Positions 35,261 through 48,199 of a stretch of 64,000 nucleotides of DNA are shown here, in pieces. The notes under the pieces were generated by a model. It was not told the origin of the DNA, did not search any database, and was given only the letters and a program-made list of their open reading frames with translations. Source of the stretch: Azolla caroliniana (taxonomy: Eukaryota > Plantae > Polypodiophyta); contig JBHGNT010000010.1 of assembly GCA_043228905.1 (NCBI GenBank), positions 8,184,001 through 8,248,000 of the forward strand, given 5' to 3'. The translations under genes and the position numbers were made by a program. Each line of letters begins with the position of its first letter. Position 1 is the first letter of the stretch.

Positions 35261-38200
35261 TGGTAGGAAATAGATCCCTCCGGATGGGATTGGAGTACCC
35301 GGCAACGGAAGACCCGGTGAGAACTGGATGACGAGTGCCCGGCAAGAGCCGGATGGTGAAGACCCGGTGAGAACTGGATGACGAGTGCCCGACAAGAGCC
35401 GGATGGTGAAGACTCAGTGAGAACCGGATGACGAGTGCTCGGCAAGAGCTAGATGATGCAGGCCCGGTGAAGAGTGCTCACCGGATGAAGGGACATATTC
35501 GTAAATATGTTTTTGAGAGTCCATTGGGGCTGTATTTGTAAATAGCCGAAAAGTCATATTAGTATAAATATGACTTAGGGCAAACTAGTTGCAACAGTTG
35601 TCATTCTTGTTGGTGCAAGATTTGAGTGCAACCGTGTACAGAGAGAGAGAGTGAGAGACGAAGAGGACATTGTCTCTGTTGTAACCGCCGCCTATGGCGA
35701 AGACAGTGAACAAGAGATCGTTGCTTCTGTGTTCATCTATTGTATATTGTAACATAGTGATAGTTTGCAGTCTGTGGACTGCCGTGGTTTTTCCTGTGTT
35801 TGGGTTTTCCACGTAAACATCCTGTGTACTCTTCTCTTTACTGTGTCGTGAGTACATTACCCATTTTTCTGTGTTTGATCCTAGACTCGGTTGTGGCCGA
35901 GCGTCGTTGGCGGAGCGTTGTTTTCGGGAGCGTGTAGTCCTGTCAAAGTGGTATCAGAGCAAAACGACACAGAAAATGGACGAATCGTTGGGAGGCATGT
36001 TCAAGCTCACCGACTCCAATTACTCAGTGTGGAGGTCGAAGATGAGGGACATGCTCGTGGTTAAAGATCTTTGGTTGCTGGTTCAGTTTGGGGACAAGAG
36101 ACCGGACAAAATCGATGCCACGATATGGGAGGTGATGCACATGAAGATAACGACATACATACGGTGCTTCATTGACATGAGTCTATACAACAAATTCAAT
36201 GAAGAGAGCAAGGCTCATGAGCTCTGGGAGAAGATCGACATTATGTTTCAGAACAAAAATGCTGTTAATCAGGTTGCGGTATTTCGGAAGCTAGTAAGAC
36301 TCCAGTACCAAGATGGCTCTAGGATGGCGGAGCACATGAATGCCTTCCAGGGGCTGATCCGCCAGGCAACATCATTGGAAGTACCTCTCGCCGATGAGGT
36401 ACTAGCACTACTCCTCCTCGGTTCCCTCCTAGATAGCTGGGAGACATTGGTTGTCACTTTGGCTAACGCCGGGCCGGAAGGAAAACGGTTATCCCTAGCA
36501 AGAGTGAAATCGAGCTTGCTAGATGAGGAGGCGCGTCAGAAAGATAAGGATAGGAGCTCTGACTCCAAAGCGCTCCTTACCGAATCGGAACGCGGAAGAC
36601 AAAGGAACCGTAGTCCCCAGAACCGGAAGAAGTCGGCGACACGGTCAAAGTCAAGGGGGAGGCCTACTTGCTTCTATTGCGGCAAGCCGGGACACTTCCA
36701 GAAGAACTGTCGGCATTTCCAAAAAGACAAGGAAACCGACAGTACCGATTCGAAGCGGACACCGGACTGAAACGGTAAAGACCGGAGGGGGCTGGACTGG
36801 AAGGGAACGACGACAATCGTGGAAAGCGAAGAAGAGTTGATGCTCATCACCGAGGAGAGTGAGTTGAACCTTGCCGGCGACGAGATGACGTGGGTGGTCG
36901 ATTCCGGAGCGTCGTTCCACCTTACCCCGGACCGGAAATGCTTCTCATCCTACTCAATCGGTGATCATGGTTGTGTCCGGATGGGGAATGAAGATACATG
37001 CCGAATTGTCGGCATAGGAGTCATGTGGTTGACAACACCAACCAGATGCAAGTTGCTGCTGAAGGATGTCCGACACGTTCCGGAGGTTCTACTGAACCTG
37101 ATATCAGCCGGTCGGCTAGATGATGAAGGCTACATGGGTAGCATCCAGAACGGAGTCATGAAGTTCAACAAAGGGAGCCTGATTGTGGCTCGGGCCTGGA
37201 AGGTCAACACGTTGTACCTGATGAATGCCCGGCTATGCCTGGAAGAAGTGAACGTGGCTTCCGACACTGCCGGTGAACTGTGGCAGAAGAGGCCGTGTCA
37301 CATGAGTGAGAAGGGGATGAAGAGGCTTGCAGACGACAACCTCATTCCAGTGAAGAACGTGCACTTGGAGAAGTGCACTGATTGTTTGGCCGGTAAGCAA
37401 AACCGAACCTCCTTCCGACCAAGGCCACCGATGAGACGTAATGTACCACTGGAGTTGGTGCATATTGATGTGTGTCAAGTGGACACGAAGTCACATGCCG
37501 GATCGTAGTATTTCGTGACGTTCATAGATGACCACAACTGGAAGCTGTGGGCCACACCGTTGAAAACGAAGGATCAGGTGCTATCCGTCTTCAGAGAGCT
37601 CCACGCGAGAGTGGAAAGAGAAACCGGCCGAAAGCTGAAGGCGGTTCGAGCAGATAAAGGAGGAGAATACTGGGGGTAGTTCGAGGAGTACAGCCACTCG
37701 AAGGGAATCCGGCTCGAATTTACCGTGCCAAAGACTCCGGAACTATACGTGCTGGCCGAGAGGATGAACTGGACCATAATGGAGAGGGTCTGGATTATGC
37801 TAGCGCATGCAAAACTACCCAAGAAGTTTTGGGCTGAGGCACTGTCGACGACGACATATGTGATAAACAGATCACCCTCAGTACCCTTGGACGGAGACAC
37901 GCCACAGAGAGTATGGAACGGTAAGGAAGTTTCCTACCGACATCTGAAGGTGTTCGGGTGTCTCGCGTACGTGCATGTTGCTAAGGACCGGAGAGGAAAG
38001 TTAGATCCAAAGACCTAGCTATGCATATTCCTTGGATACGACGATGATGAGTTCGGCTACTGAGTGTGGGACCCGACGACCAGAAAGTATTCCGGAGTCG
38101 AGATATTATCTTCATGGAGGACAAGACGCTCGCCGACTAGGAGACCGGTAAGGATAGACTCTACAATGAACAAACCCAACCGGCAAGAGACTGGTTAGCA

Positions 38201-38335
38201 CTCGAGGAGCTAGCCGGTTACGGTGAGGATACCGAACGAGCTGAAGAAGAAGTAGAGGAAGCTGAAACCGGAACCGACCAAGACCCCGAATCGGATTCGG
38301 ATGAAGAGCAGATGGATGAGCCGGTCACCGAAGCT
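35261..38335 (+). mobile_element. Element D: 3'-truncated Ty1/copia (LTR 35261-35945, PBS 35949-35960, gag-PR-INT pseudogene from 35976)
   Basis: TGGTATCAGAGC; CFYCGKPGHFQKNC, WVVDSGAS, AERMN; LTR matches the solo LTR at 43007-43662. Confidence 0.9.
35295..35490 (+). repeat. ~50-bp tandem repeats in the copia D LTR
   Basis: GAAGACCCGGTGAGAACTGGATGACGAGTGCCCGGCAAGAGCCGGATGGT, 3-4 copies. Confidence 0.85.
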
Positions 38336-39500
38336 TGTCGGAACCTCGTCGGGTCGCATACCTTTCCCGTATCGGGACGAAGCTTGACGGTTCTATCCAG
38401 AGGAGTCGAGACGGACTTACAGTCGGCCATCCCGAGTTTGAAGAGCATACCCAGCACGTAATGACGTTGGCTGATCAATATGCCTTCGGGGGTACGGATC
38501 ACTTCGATCCCGAGGAAGTAATGAAGGTCCCCCAGATCCTTCATGTCGAACGATGCCGCAAGCTGGAGCTTCACGCGGTCGATTTCACCGAGGTCGGCGC
38601 CGGTGATGACCAAGTCATCAACATATAGTAAAATACTAACCGATCAGAGTCGACCTTTCTGGATGAACAGGGAAGAGTCCGATTTTGACGTGACGAAGCC
38701 CATCCGATGCAGTTGTTGCGTGATCTTCCGCTTCAGCCCGTAAAGGGACTTCTTCAGTCGGCATACTACCGAGGAGTTCGTTCCGGAGTGAAATCCGGGG
38801 GGCTGTACCATGTACACCTATTCCTCAAGGTCACCTTGCAAGAACGCATTCTTTACATCCATCTGATGTAAGTGCCACCCCTTCTTTACATCCATTGGTC
38901 GACGCGGACTTCACTTTTAAAGACCCGTCACCGGTTCCCTCGGAGTCGGGCTTGCGTCGGTCTGACTCGTTCTTATCCGTGCCGGAATCCGACACCTTCT
39001 TCTTCCCTTTCTCTTTGCGCATAAGCCGTCTCCTCGGCTTCCTGCGCGGGGAATGCACGGCCGAGTCTCCACTACTCGCCGGCTTTGATACCATGTAGAA
39101 AGTAGCGTGCGAAAGCAAGTATGAAGACCGAACAGAAGGAAGGAAACTCAGGTTTAATGGAGAGCTTGAGCTTACACAGTATACGCGGGAGAGATAGAGA
39201 GAGTGAGAGAGAAGACACAAAAAATATATATAACAGAAGTACACAATCTCTATTCACCACTCTATACATATGTGTGTTCAATGAACACTTTTATACAAGT
39301 CCTAGAAGGACTGACCGAAGTACTGACAGTACTTCAATGCTCATTAAGAGCTCCTACACTAACTCCCAAATATATTCCTCACGGAATATCTTTCCTAACG
39401 ACCTCCCGGTTTACGCAATCGGCCTAACCGATCGGTCCCAATCGATCCGGTCCTCGGCTTCTTCAGCCGATCTGGCCGATGTTGAGCTTGTCTCTCAACA
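38336..39500 (-). mobile_element. Element E: internally deleted Ty1/copia (5' LTR 39094-39500, PBS 39082-39093, RT fragment)
   Basis: Minus strand TGTTGA...CTACA then TGGTATCAAAGC; HQMDVKNAFLQGD, LKKSLYGLK, YVDDL, MKDLGDLHYFLGIE. Confidence 0.85.
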
Positions 39501-39910
39501 AAAATGGGGAGCAAAATGTAATTTGTTGCTTAAATTCTTTCTAAGGGTTCATTAATAAAATACATTATACTCGTGGGATTCACGATTTATCTCTCTCTCT
39601 ATCTCTCTCTCTTTCAATCTATCCACAATCTTATCTGCCTTAAATTCTTCCTCCTCCTAGTCCAAAACCTCGGCGGTTTCCACCTGACTCACGCAACGAT
39701 CCGGCGCTGAAAATCATGACACATTTGGTGAACCTGATGTGAAAACAAGTGGCAAGGAGATGGAGAATCGACAAGAGGTGAACAACATGATGAGGATGTG
39801 TGAGCAGATGTTGCAGGAGCAACGCGCGATGTTGAAGATCACGAAAACAGTAGAGCGGCTTGTGCAATGGAAAGGACGTGTCATGCTATCTACGAGACTA
39901 CAAGGCGAAG

Positions 39911-40953
39911 TGTTGAATATGAAGTTGATGATGCAGAAGTTGAGGACCTATTGGTTAGTCAGACAAACAAGATGTGTGGCAGATAGATAAGATTATTATG
40001 TAGAGAAAGAGAGAGATATGACTATGTGCTCAAAAGAAGATTATATTGCATTAACCTTCGAACCTGTTTACAATGCTTACTCTCTCACTTATGTAGTTAA
40101 GGTAACTTAGCCCTAATCATAAGGACGTTTTCACACTAGGATACAAGTGGGTAGAATGGGACTTTTAGCCCAACAAACTTCCCCGTAAAAGAACTACTCT
40201 ATCTACGTACAGTGATATGGGGTTATCTCCCCCGTAAGCCTAGATTACAATTTTAAATATTTTGTTACAAGTATACATACAAGTCTGTCAGCATTAGGTC
40301 GAACTGGCAAAGGTGAATGTGATTATTTAACCTGTGTTGTTCGGGTCGGCTGGTCCGAGTCTGTTGGATCAACTCGTTCGGGTAGATTTACTTCCAAATT
40401 GGCTTGTTAGGTTGGATCTACTTAAGTCTGACTCTGACTCTTCGCCCTTTGGTCGATCGTCTGCTTCTTGCTTGCTTCTGAGCTCCCCTCTAGATCTTCA
40501 GTCTATCATCGAGGCTGGCTTGTTGGTGTGCAATATTGCCTCGATTTGATGCCAGATGATCAGTACATCATGCATCATCTCCTTCCATAGGGAAAAGTTT
40601 TTGCCGCCGAACTTTCGGATTTCTACACATTTACCGGATGTTGAAACCATGTTCTGTAAGAAGTAAGATTGTTGGCCTGGTTCTTTCCTTAAGTCGTTTA
40701 TTCTCTTCTCAGGTTTTGTGTTGTTGTTGCCATACTGTAAGTTGCACTGATACCACTTGTTGAATATGAAGTTGATGATGTGGAAGTTGAGGACCCATTG
40801 GTTAGTTAGACAAACAAGATGTGTAGCAGATAGACAAGATTATTATGTAGAGAAAGAGAGAGAGATGACTATGTGCTCAAAAGAAGAATGTATTACATTA
40901 ACCTCCGAATTTGTTTACAATGCTTAGTCTCTCACTTATTAGGGTAACTTAGC
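39911..40953 (-). mobile_element. Element G: miniature (TRIM-like) copia derivative
   Basis: LTRs 39911-40175 and truncated 40758-40953, PBS 40744-40755, ~50 codons of gag (MVSTSGKCVEIRKFGGKNFSLWK), PPT-like ACGGGGAAG. Confidence 0.8.
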
Positions 40954-41290
40954 TAGAGAGATCAAGCTATACACGTGCCAAACAAAGTGATCATGTTCTT
41001 ACGGGCTGTGAATGCCCGGGACCGAAACGATCTTAGGACGTTGTTGGAAGATATAACTACGGATAGTGGGCTCACAAATAATTGGAGAACATGAGGACTA
41101 GTGTCACCCGATTCACAAAGAGGAGATAGTGGCTCGGTAATGAAGAGAAGAGGGTTTCAATGTTGTCTCTTTCTCGGGGATACACCTCTGATTACTCCCC
41201 TGAGTAATCGGGTCAAGGGATCGTGCTTACGTAGGAGGGACAATAGGGCCGAGTAGGCCGATCAGTTATACGATAACCGGCCACAACCGG

Positions 41291-42728
41291 TGTCGTGAGG
41301 ATTTTCGGCCATGGTGGGAAAACCAAGTGGGATGGATAAAATGGGGATGTGCAACATTGCACATGCAGTTAGAAGATTTGTAAAATAAAAAAATATAAAA
41401 AAGGAAGGGTAAATGTAAGGTGTTAAAAGTGCACTACGAAAATTCATAAAGTGTAAATGTGATGTAAGTATGTGCACATGCACATGTAGACTAAAGAGAG
41501 AGTACATGAAGTACAGGTGTAGTGAGTAGTGGGCATAGTGTGTGTGTGAGGAGAGGGAGTTAAGGCTCCATCAATCTCTCCTCCTAAGATCAAGGACAAA
41601 TATTTCCCCATTGAAAGGAGGGGGGGTTGACCTCTTCTTTATGTAATGTACCTCTCCCCTTACTACTATAAAAGGGAGTGAGGGGCCATTTTTGAGGGGC
41701 TTCCACTTTTTGGGTTTCTTTGGGTTGCCATTAGGGTTCCGGAATTTTGGGTTTTAGGATCTTGTTTTAGGGGTTTCATTCTTCTTCTTCTTCTTCTTCT
41801 TCTTCTTCTTCTTTTCCCCTATCCGGTTAGGGTTTCATCTAGAGGGTTTACATTCGGCCTACACGACCACGGTTGTAATTGGTGTGGTGCTTTCCATAAT
41901 GTATCTTGTCTTGTTTAGATCTTATTCTCTTGAATCTTAATCTTTCTCTTCTGACTCGGTTGAACTCCCAAGGTTCTCTCCCTCCTCTTATTCCTTAGTC
42001 CAAGACCCCTGTGGCTCCGTCCTTCCGACAAGCACGCACGGATTTCCACGACATTTGGTGAACCCGATGTGAAGGGCGGCAAGGGAGGACGAGGATGGAA
42101 GCTTCATTGGAGGCATACAGGTACAAGAAACTGGAGGGGAGAAGTCGGCATGAGTTCGATCTATGGGTGGTGTCAGTGAAGGCCCGTTGAAGCATGATGG
42201 AAGCATTCCAAGAGTTCGAGCGTCGTTTTGCTCAACTCTCGGAACGGGATCAGAGATCGGTGGGGGCGGACAAAGTCCTCCTTTTTTTGAAGACGGTCCA
42301 TCGGGAGGAAAGGATGGACATTTTGTTTGAGCTCGAAGATGATCATAGAGCACACGACCTCACCGATGATTGGTCCGAAGTGGATTGGGTATGCCGGCAA
42401 CACGATGAGAATCGGTCGGCCACAACACAGCCCGCTAGCGGCGGAGAAGAGAGGGTGGTAAGTGACTACGCACTATCGCCGGAAGAGAGCTCAACGTGTA
42501 ATGGTTCGGAGGAGTTTGATATGGGAGGCGTACGAGATCATGAAGTCAAAGATCGAAGTCGAAGAGGGGTTTATTAAGGAGTCGGGTCTGAGAGGATTGG
42601 AGGACGCGGAGGAAGACACCTCCCTACGACGGAGGACGGGGCCTATGTGGAGGCCGAAAGAGCGTACGACGACGACATGGGAGAGGGTGCGGAGCGAGCG
42701 ACCCTCTCGTCTTGCGGAAATGGGATGG
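41291..42728 (+). mobile_element. Element H: truncated Trp-primed gypsy (LTR 41291-42053, PBS 42056-42073, deleted gag)
   Basis: TGTCGTGAGGAT...GATTTCCACGACA then TGGTGAACCCGATGTGAA; gag-like FERRFAQLS...KVLLFLK; (TTC)n at ~41779-41812. Confidence 0.82.
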
Positions 42729-43910
42729 TGTCGTGAAGATCCGTCACTATGTGTGGATCATGAGGCGGAACCACCGGGGTCCTGGACCGGAAGGATTCGA
42801 AGTTTGCACTAGTTCAGCAAGAAAGTATTTAAGATAGATTGAAAGAGAGAGATTGATATGGCAAGAGAGAGATAGTGAGGGAGATTAAGATTGAACCCTT
42901 GACTTTAGACTTAAGAAACAAGATACACGAATTGGATAACGAATTTTCTTCTTCTTAAATTCTTGAATCATACCTATCCTTTTTTTCTTTTTCATCCACT
43001 CTTTTATGACAGAAATTACACGCTCCCTAAGCACAACGCTCGGCCACAACCGAGGCTAGGATCAAACATAGAAAACGGGTAATGAACGCACGACACAGTA
43101 AAGAGAAGAGTACACAAGATGTTAACGTGGAAAACCCAAACTGGGGAAAAACCACGGCAGCCCACAGACTGCAAACTATCACTATATCAACAATGTACAA
43201 TAGTAAAGCACCGAGGCAACGACCTTGAGCTTGCTATCCTTGCCACAGGCAGCGGTTACAACAGAGGCAACAACCTCTTCCTCTCTCTTTCTCTCTCTGT
43301 ACACAGTTACGCGCTCAAATCTTGCACCAACAAGAATGACAACTACTGTTACACTAAGTTTGCCCTAAGTCATATTTATACTAATATGACTTTTTGGCTA
43401 TTTACAAATATAGCCCCAATTGACTCTCAGAAACATATTTACGAATATGTCCCTTCATCCGGTGAGCACTTCTCACCGGGCCTTCACCATCCGGTTCTTG
43501 CCGAGCACTCGTCATCCAGTCCTCATCGGGTCTTCCGTTGCCGGGTACTCCACATCCGGTTTTCACCGGGTCTTCCGTTGCTGGGTACTCCACATCCGGT
43601 TTTCACCGGGTCTTCCGTTGCCGGGTGCTCCTATCCCATCCGGAGGGATCTGTTTCCTGACATTTTATAGATGCCCCCATGCATATGATGCATGTGGGGT
43701 ACAAGACATGCATAAAATGCATGATGCATGTTTGCCATTTGGCGCTCATGCGTTACATGTGATGCATGATAACCATGTCACTCATTTAAGCTCTCATATG
43801 AGAATTTCCAAGTAAAACTATAATGATAAAAATATAACACTAAGTAAATGACTTGGCTTAGTGGTAAGTATATTGCAATGAGAAGGCAGATGTTTGAGTC
43901 TTATCTTCAT
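42729..43910 (-). mobile_element. Partial A-type LTR containing a copia solo LTR
   Basis: Collinear with 60136-60620; far boundary unresolved. Confidence 0.75.
43007..43662 (-). mobile_element. Solo LTR of copia family D
   Basis: TG...CA ends, TSD TTTTA at 43002-43006 and 43663-43667, homologous to 35261-35945. Confidence 0.92.
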
Positions 43911-44765
43911 TGAAAGATAGAAGGGAAGATTGTGATTTGCTATCAAGAAAGAGAAGAGTGGTTACCCTGTGAGACAAAGTGCAAAGGATCAACGATGCTC
44001 ACAACTGTTTGTAACTTTTTCATCAAATAATTATGAATTTCTTACATGTTCCCTGAAATATCATTTAACATCCTATCTTGTTGATCTCTGTTTACTACAT
44101 ATCTACTCTTTTCATCTCTTTCGTCCAAAATCCCAGCGATTCCTTCCTCACTTTCACGTTATCTTCTGTCTACACAACGCTACACTTCTAGGCGAGCCAC
44201 TCCACGACCTCGTCGCTGCTGTTAAGAAATAGTTTATTTACATGAGTAAGAAACTGACGCATTTCCATTGGTCGCTTTTGTTAATCTTGCACATCTAGTG
44301 TGCATGAGTACTATACTTAGAAAAAGCATGAATTTCATGATAGAAAAAGTCACTCATGCACATCTAGTGTGCATGAACACATTAGTTAGAAGAAAAAGCA
44401 TGATAGAAAAAGTTACATGAACATTTTAGTTAAAAGAAAAAGCCTGATAGAAAAAGCTACTCATGCACATCTAGTGTGCATGAACACTTTAGGTAGAGGA
44501 ATGATGTTTGCCATGTGGTAAGATATACTTAGCCTCTCCCATCACTATATAAGATGGGGAGCAAAATGTCATTCATTATTGATATTGTTTCTAAGGGATG
44601 ATTAATAAAATACATTATACTCGTGAGATTCACAAGTTTTCTGTCTCTCTCTTTCAAGGTATTCACAATCTTATCTACCTTAAATTCTTCCTCCTCCCAG
44701 TCCAAAACCTCGGCGGTTTCCACCCGACTCATGCAACGATCTGGCGCCGAAAAGGATGAGAACGT

Positions 44766-46690
44766 ATTCCGCCATTTCTTCCAGAAGTGCAAACGAGCAA
44801 ATAACCATGTCATTGGAGTGGCCGTAAACCTCGTCCAATTTCCCTCGTAGGCAATTAATAATTGCAAACAAAAAATCCATGATCAATTCCTCTGAGGGGC
44901 ATACCAGATCTCGAAAGACCTTTAGGCAACATGCTTTCCAGACATACCACAAGGTGAAGGCCGCAATCAACATCCAAATCTCTTGGAACCGAGAGGATGC
45001 GGTCTTCAAGCCTCTATCAAATCGGAACTTGATGAGTTTACCTCTTGTGCATTCATTAGCACCAATTGTATACATTGAAGGCGTCCGTCCATCTATCAAC
45101 CGAGACATCGATCCAAACCGCAACGCTCCACGATGCTATTCCTTCCACTCCGCATGCAGTTAGGAGGCGAGTCACTCTATCCCATACCCTTTGAGCTTGA
45201 GGGAAATCCCACAAACAATGCCTTAGAGTCTCAATAAATGAAGAATAGAGTGAGCAAGCTATCGGGCCACCACGTTTACCTAGCCATTCACCAACAAGGA
45301 CTACATTATGGCAGATCTGCCACCAAAATAGCTTGATCTTCTCAAGCACGTGGAGACACTAGAGACCCTTCGAAAAGTTATTGAGCACTTTGTCAGGGAT
45401 GCCCAATGTCTGTCAACCATTGTGTAGGACACTGTCCAAGTTTAGTTGTATAGCTCGACCCAATTTAGTGCTGTAATCAAAGAAGTGGCACAATTTGCCG
45501 CTTTATTTCCACCTGAAATCCCCTAGGTCCCATTCTAGTTCCGCGAGGGGGTCATTACCATCAAGCCACAACTTCCAATGGGGTTCCACCTTAGCAACAT
45601 CAGGGTCTGTCTTCCAGTTGTTACCAACATGTGCCATCACTCGGATTGGGTGTCAAGTGCCCCCTCTTTGGCTCTCCCCAAATAATGTAGCTCCTCCAAA
45701 TCTGCTCAATCCCTTCAACAAATTAATCGTTCCAACCTCATCAAAGAGACCGAACCATGTATCTCCTCTCGCATCCCCTAGTGAAACCTTGTCAACTCCC
45801 TCTACTATCAATCTCCTCATTTTCATAGCTCCCTTGAGGGGAGGGAATGGGTCCTCCTGGAGCCACCATGTGTCTCCAATCGCCTATAGAATGGAGCCTT
45901 GTCTACACTAGCTTTCCCCATGCTAGGCCCTTAAGCTTCCCTAATATCATGTTGTCACTTGTTTGCACATGAGGATTCCAAGATGATGGTTTCTAGTCCA
46001 TTCGATTAATTTCTTCGGGGTGTGCTTGATCAAATGTTGTCACATGTGACACCATGCCTGTAGGATAGAGTTTGTTACCCTCTCCTCCTGATGACAGACC
46101 ATCTTGGGTGGGATTCCGTTCGTGCAACACTAGTTCAAGGAGTAACGCCAAGGCCAACTGAACTTGGGAGTCCTCGCTTGCAAACTGTTGCGAAGGAGTA
46201 CCTTCCAATATTCCCTACCTAGCAAAAGGCATCGAACCACCATTTTGACTAGCAATGCTCGACTTTGTGTTAAGGGGTCTATGAGGCTCAGTCCCCCTTT
46301 GACCCTTGGTTGCCTTAACCAACGCCATGACACTCTGGGGCCACCATTGGGTTGTCCTTATCGGACCATATCAACCCCTTTATGGAGGCTTTAATCGCAT
46401 GCATGCCTGCAGGGTTAATAATCCAACATGAGAGTTGAAACCAAGTGCCACATGGTTGCAAGCATTACCTAATTCGCAATAAGGACCGTACCAACAAATA
46501 ATAGTTTAGATCTGCTCCACTAGTTCAGCTTCCTACTTATTTTGGATTGCACATGGGACAATTGCGCTCCCTTGGGGATCTCACTCCCCATCATAAAACC
46601 TAGGTACTTGAAGGTCGTCTCCTCTGGATCCAATTAAAATCGACGCGGGGTTGCCACCTTGGTTTCTCCTACGCGTTGAACCAGAGGCCC
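44766..46690 (-). mobile_element. Degenerate L1-clade LINE ORF2 3' part (RT end and zf-RVT)
   Basis: FKYLG, KGGLSLID, KIKLFWWQICH...ETLRHCLW, LWYVWK motifs across broken frames. Confidence 0.85.
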
Positions 46691-47509
46691 TACTTTTCAC
46701 CCTTTCTTCACATGATCATCTTGTGCTTTAAATGATGTTTTTGTTTGTAACCATTCTAGATAAGTGTAGTTGTGTAGTTGTTGGCATTATCACACAAGGG
46801 CAAGAAGGATACCTTTGAAACCATGATAACTTGATCGACAACAATTGTCCTATTGATGAGGAGTGCAATATTATACTCTTCAAAGACTACAATTCCCTAC
46901 TTTTAGTCAAGAAATACAAAAGTTAAACTTCTTACTATTTTGTCTCTCTTGATATAAAAATATAGACCTATTGAGAAAGTATTTTGCTCATTTCCAAGGG
47001 ACTTATATTGTTGTCAAACACTTTTCTAGCCTTTTTATCCTAAGTATAACCAATAGAGACACATCTCCTAGCTTTCTTGAATTGAATTGGTGAAAGAAAT
47101 GGTGGTGATAAGTGTTGTGATAAATGCATGTGTATAGAGTAGGTGGAAAGGCTAACTATAAAATGATGAAAATTAGGGCTTAAATGGGAGTGTTTGGTGG
47201 TCCTTTAGGAAGGTGCCTTGTAATGATCTTCGAGAAAAATGGTAATGTAATTATTCAACAACTTTGTTTTCATATCTTTTTCATTTGTAGCTCTTTTTTT
47301 CTTTAGAACATCTTTGCATTACTCAATAAAAGCCATGTCAGGTACAGGATATGAAATAGGTAGAGAGGAAGTCAAGATACTTCCAAAACCTACTTCAAAG
47401 TCAATGGCCAACAAAAGATCCTTCCCTTGAATAGACTGAGGAGATGAATCTATCTGTATATAAAATAGTTGAAAAACAACTAGCAAAGGGGAGAATCTAA
47501 GTGCCGGTC

Positions 47510-47800
47510 CTCAAAAAATACCTTTCTGACACTTCAGTGACATCGATGCTTCATTATGGGATGTAGCATCCCTGAATCTACTTGGAAAGAGTTTGAAAAT
47601 GTCCAAAAGCATTTTCTTACAAAGTTTCTCTTAGTTAAGAAACAAAATGCCATACACCCTCCTAATTCTTTAGACTGGATCACTTACAATTGAGATAATG
47701 GCCATGGAATAGGTTGTCAAATACATGCTTAAGGTTCAAAAACATCCCTCACATTTGCTTCCTAGAATCACATGGGAAGGAAGGAAAAATATCCAAAAGA
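47510..47800 (+). mobile_element. Degenerate non-L1 (RTE/RTE-X-like) LINE RT C-terminal fragment
   Basis: Hand translation gives KYLSDTSVTSMLHYG...TWKEFENVQKHFLTKFL. Confidence 0.5.
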
Positions 47801-48199
47801 CATACCAAGTTCTCTCACGGTCACAATGTGCACTCTTGATTGCAACATTCAGTATTAAAGTTCTTAAACATTGAGAGTCGTTCTTCACTTTCACACGCAT
47901 TACATGAAATGTAATATTTTTGGTCCCATAGGTTATGATATTAAAATCTATCTGTCTTTTTGTAGTCCAAAGATGATATTAAAATCTATCCGTCTATCAA
48001 TCTTTTTGTCTATATAATTTGTATGTCTAATTTGTTTGTATGTAATCTATCTTTCTATCTGTCTTTCTAGCCACATGTATGTAGGTATGTATGTATCTAC
48101 CTACCTACCTACTTACCTCTGTTTGTCTGTCCATCTCTCTCAAAACTTGGTCATACGAGGTTTAGTTTTAACAAGCTATGGCTTGAATCAAAGATCATA

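Larger units (their letters stand above)
39501..44761 (+). mobile_element. Element F: remnant Trp-primed gypsy (5' LTR end 39501-39721, PBS 39726-39743, gag fragments, 3' LTR end at 44761) inserted in a LINE
   Basis: 39501-39721 repeats at ~44552-44761; the first copy is followed by TGGTGAACCTGATGTGAA, the second by ACGT and LINE sequence. Confidence 0.7.

Noticed and set aside
43911-44230. Additional LTR fragment
   Set aside because: LTR-like composition but no second copy, PBS or TSD could be identified
44529-44867. LINE ORF2 with a novel C-terminal extension also present at 39640-39867
   Set aside because: The extension is read-through into the antisense of the F LTR end; the LINE is simply interrupted at ACGT 44762-44765
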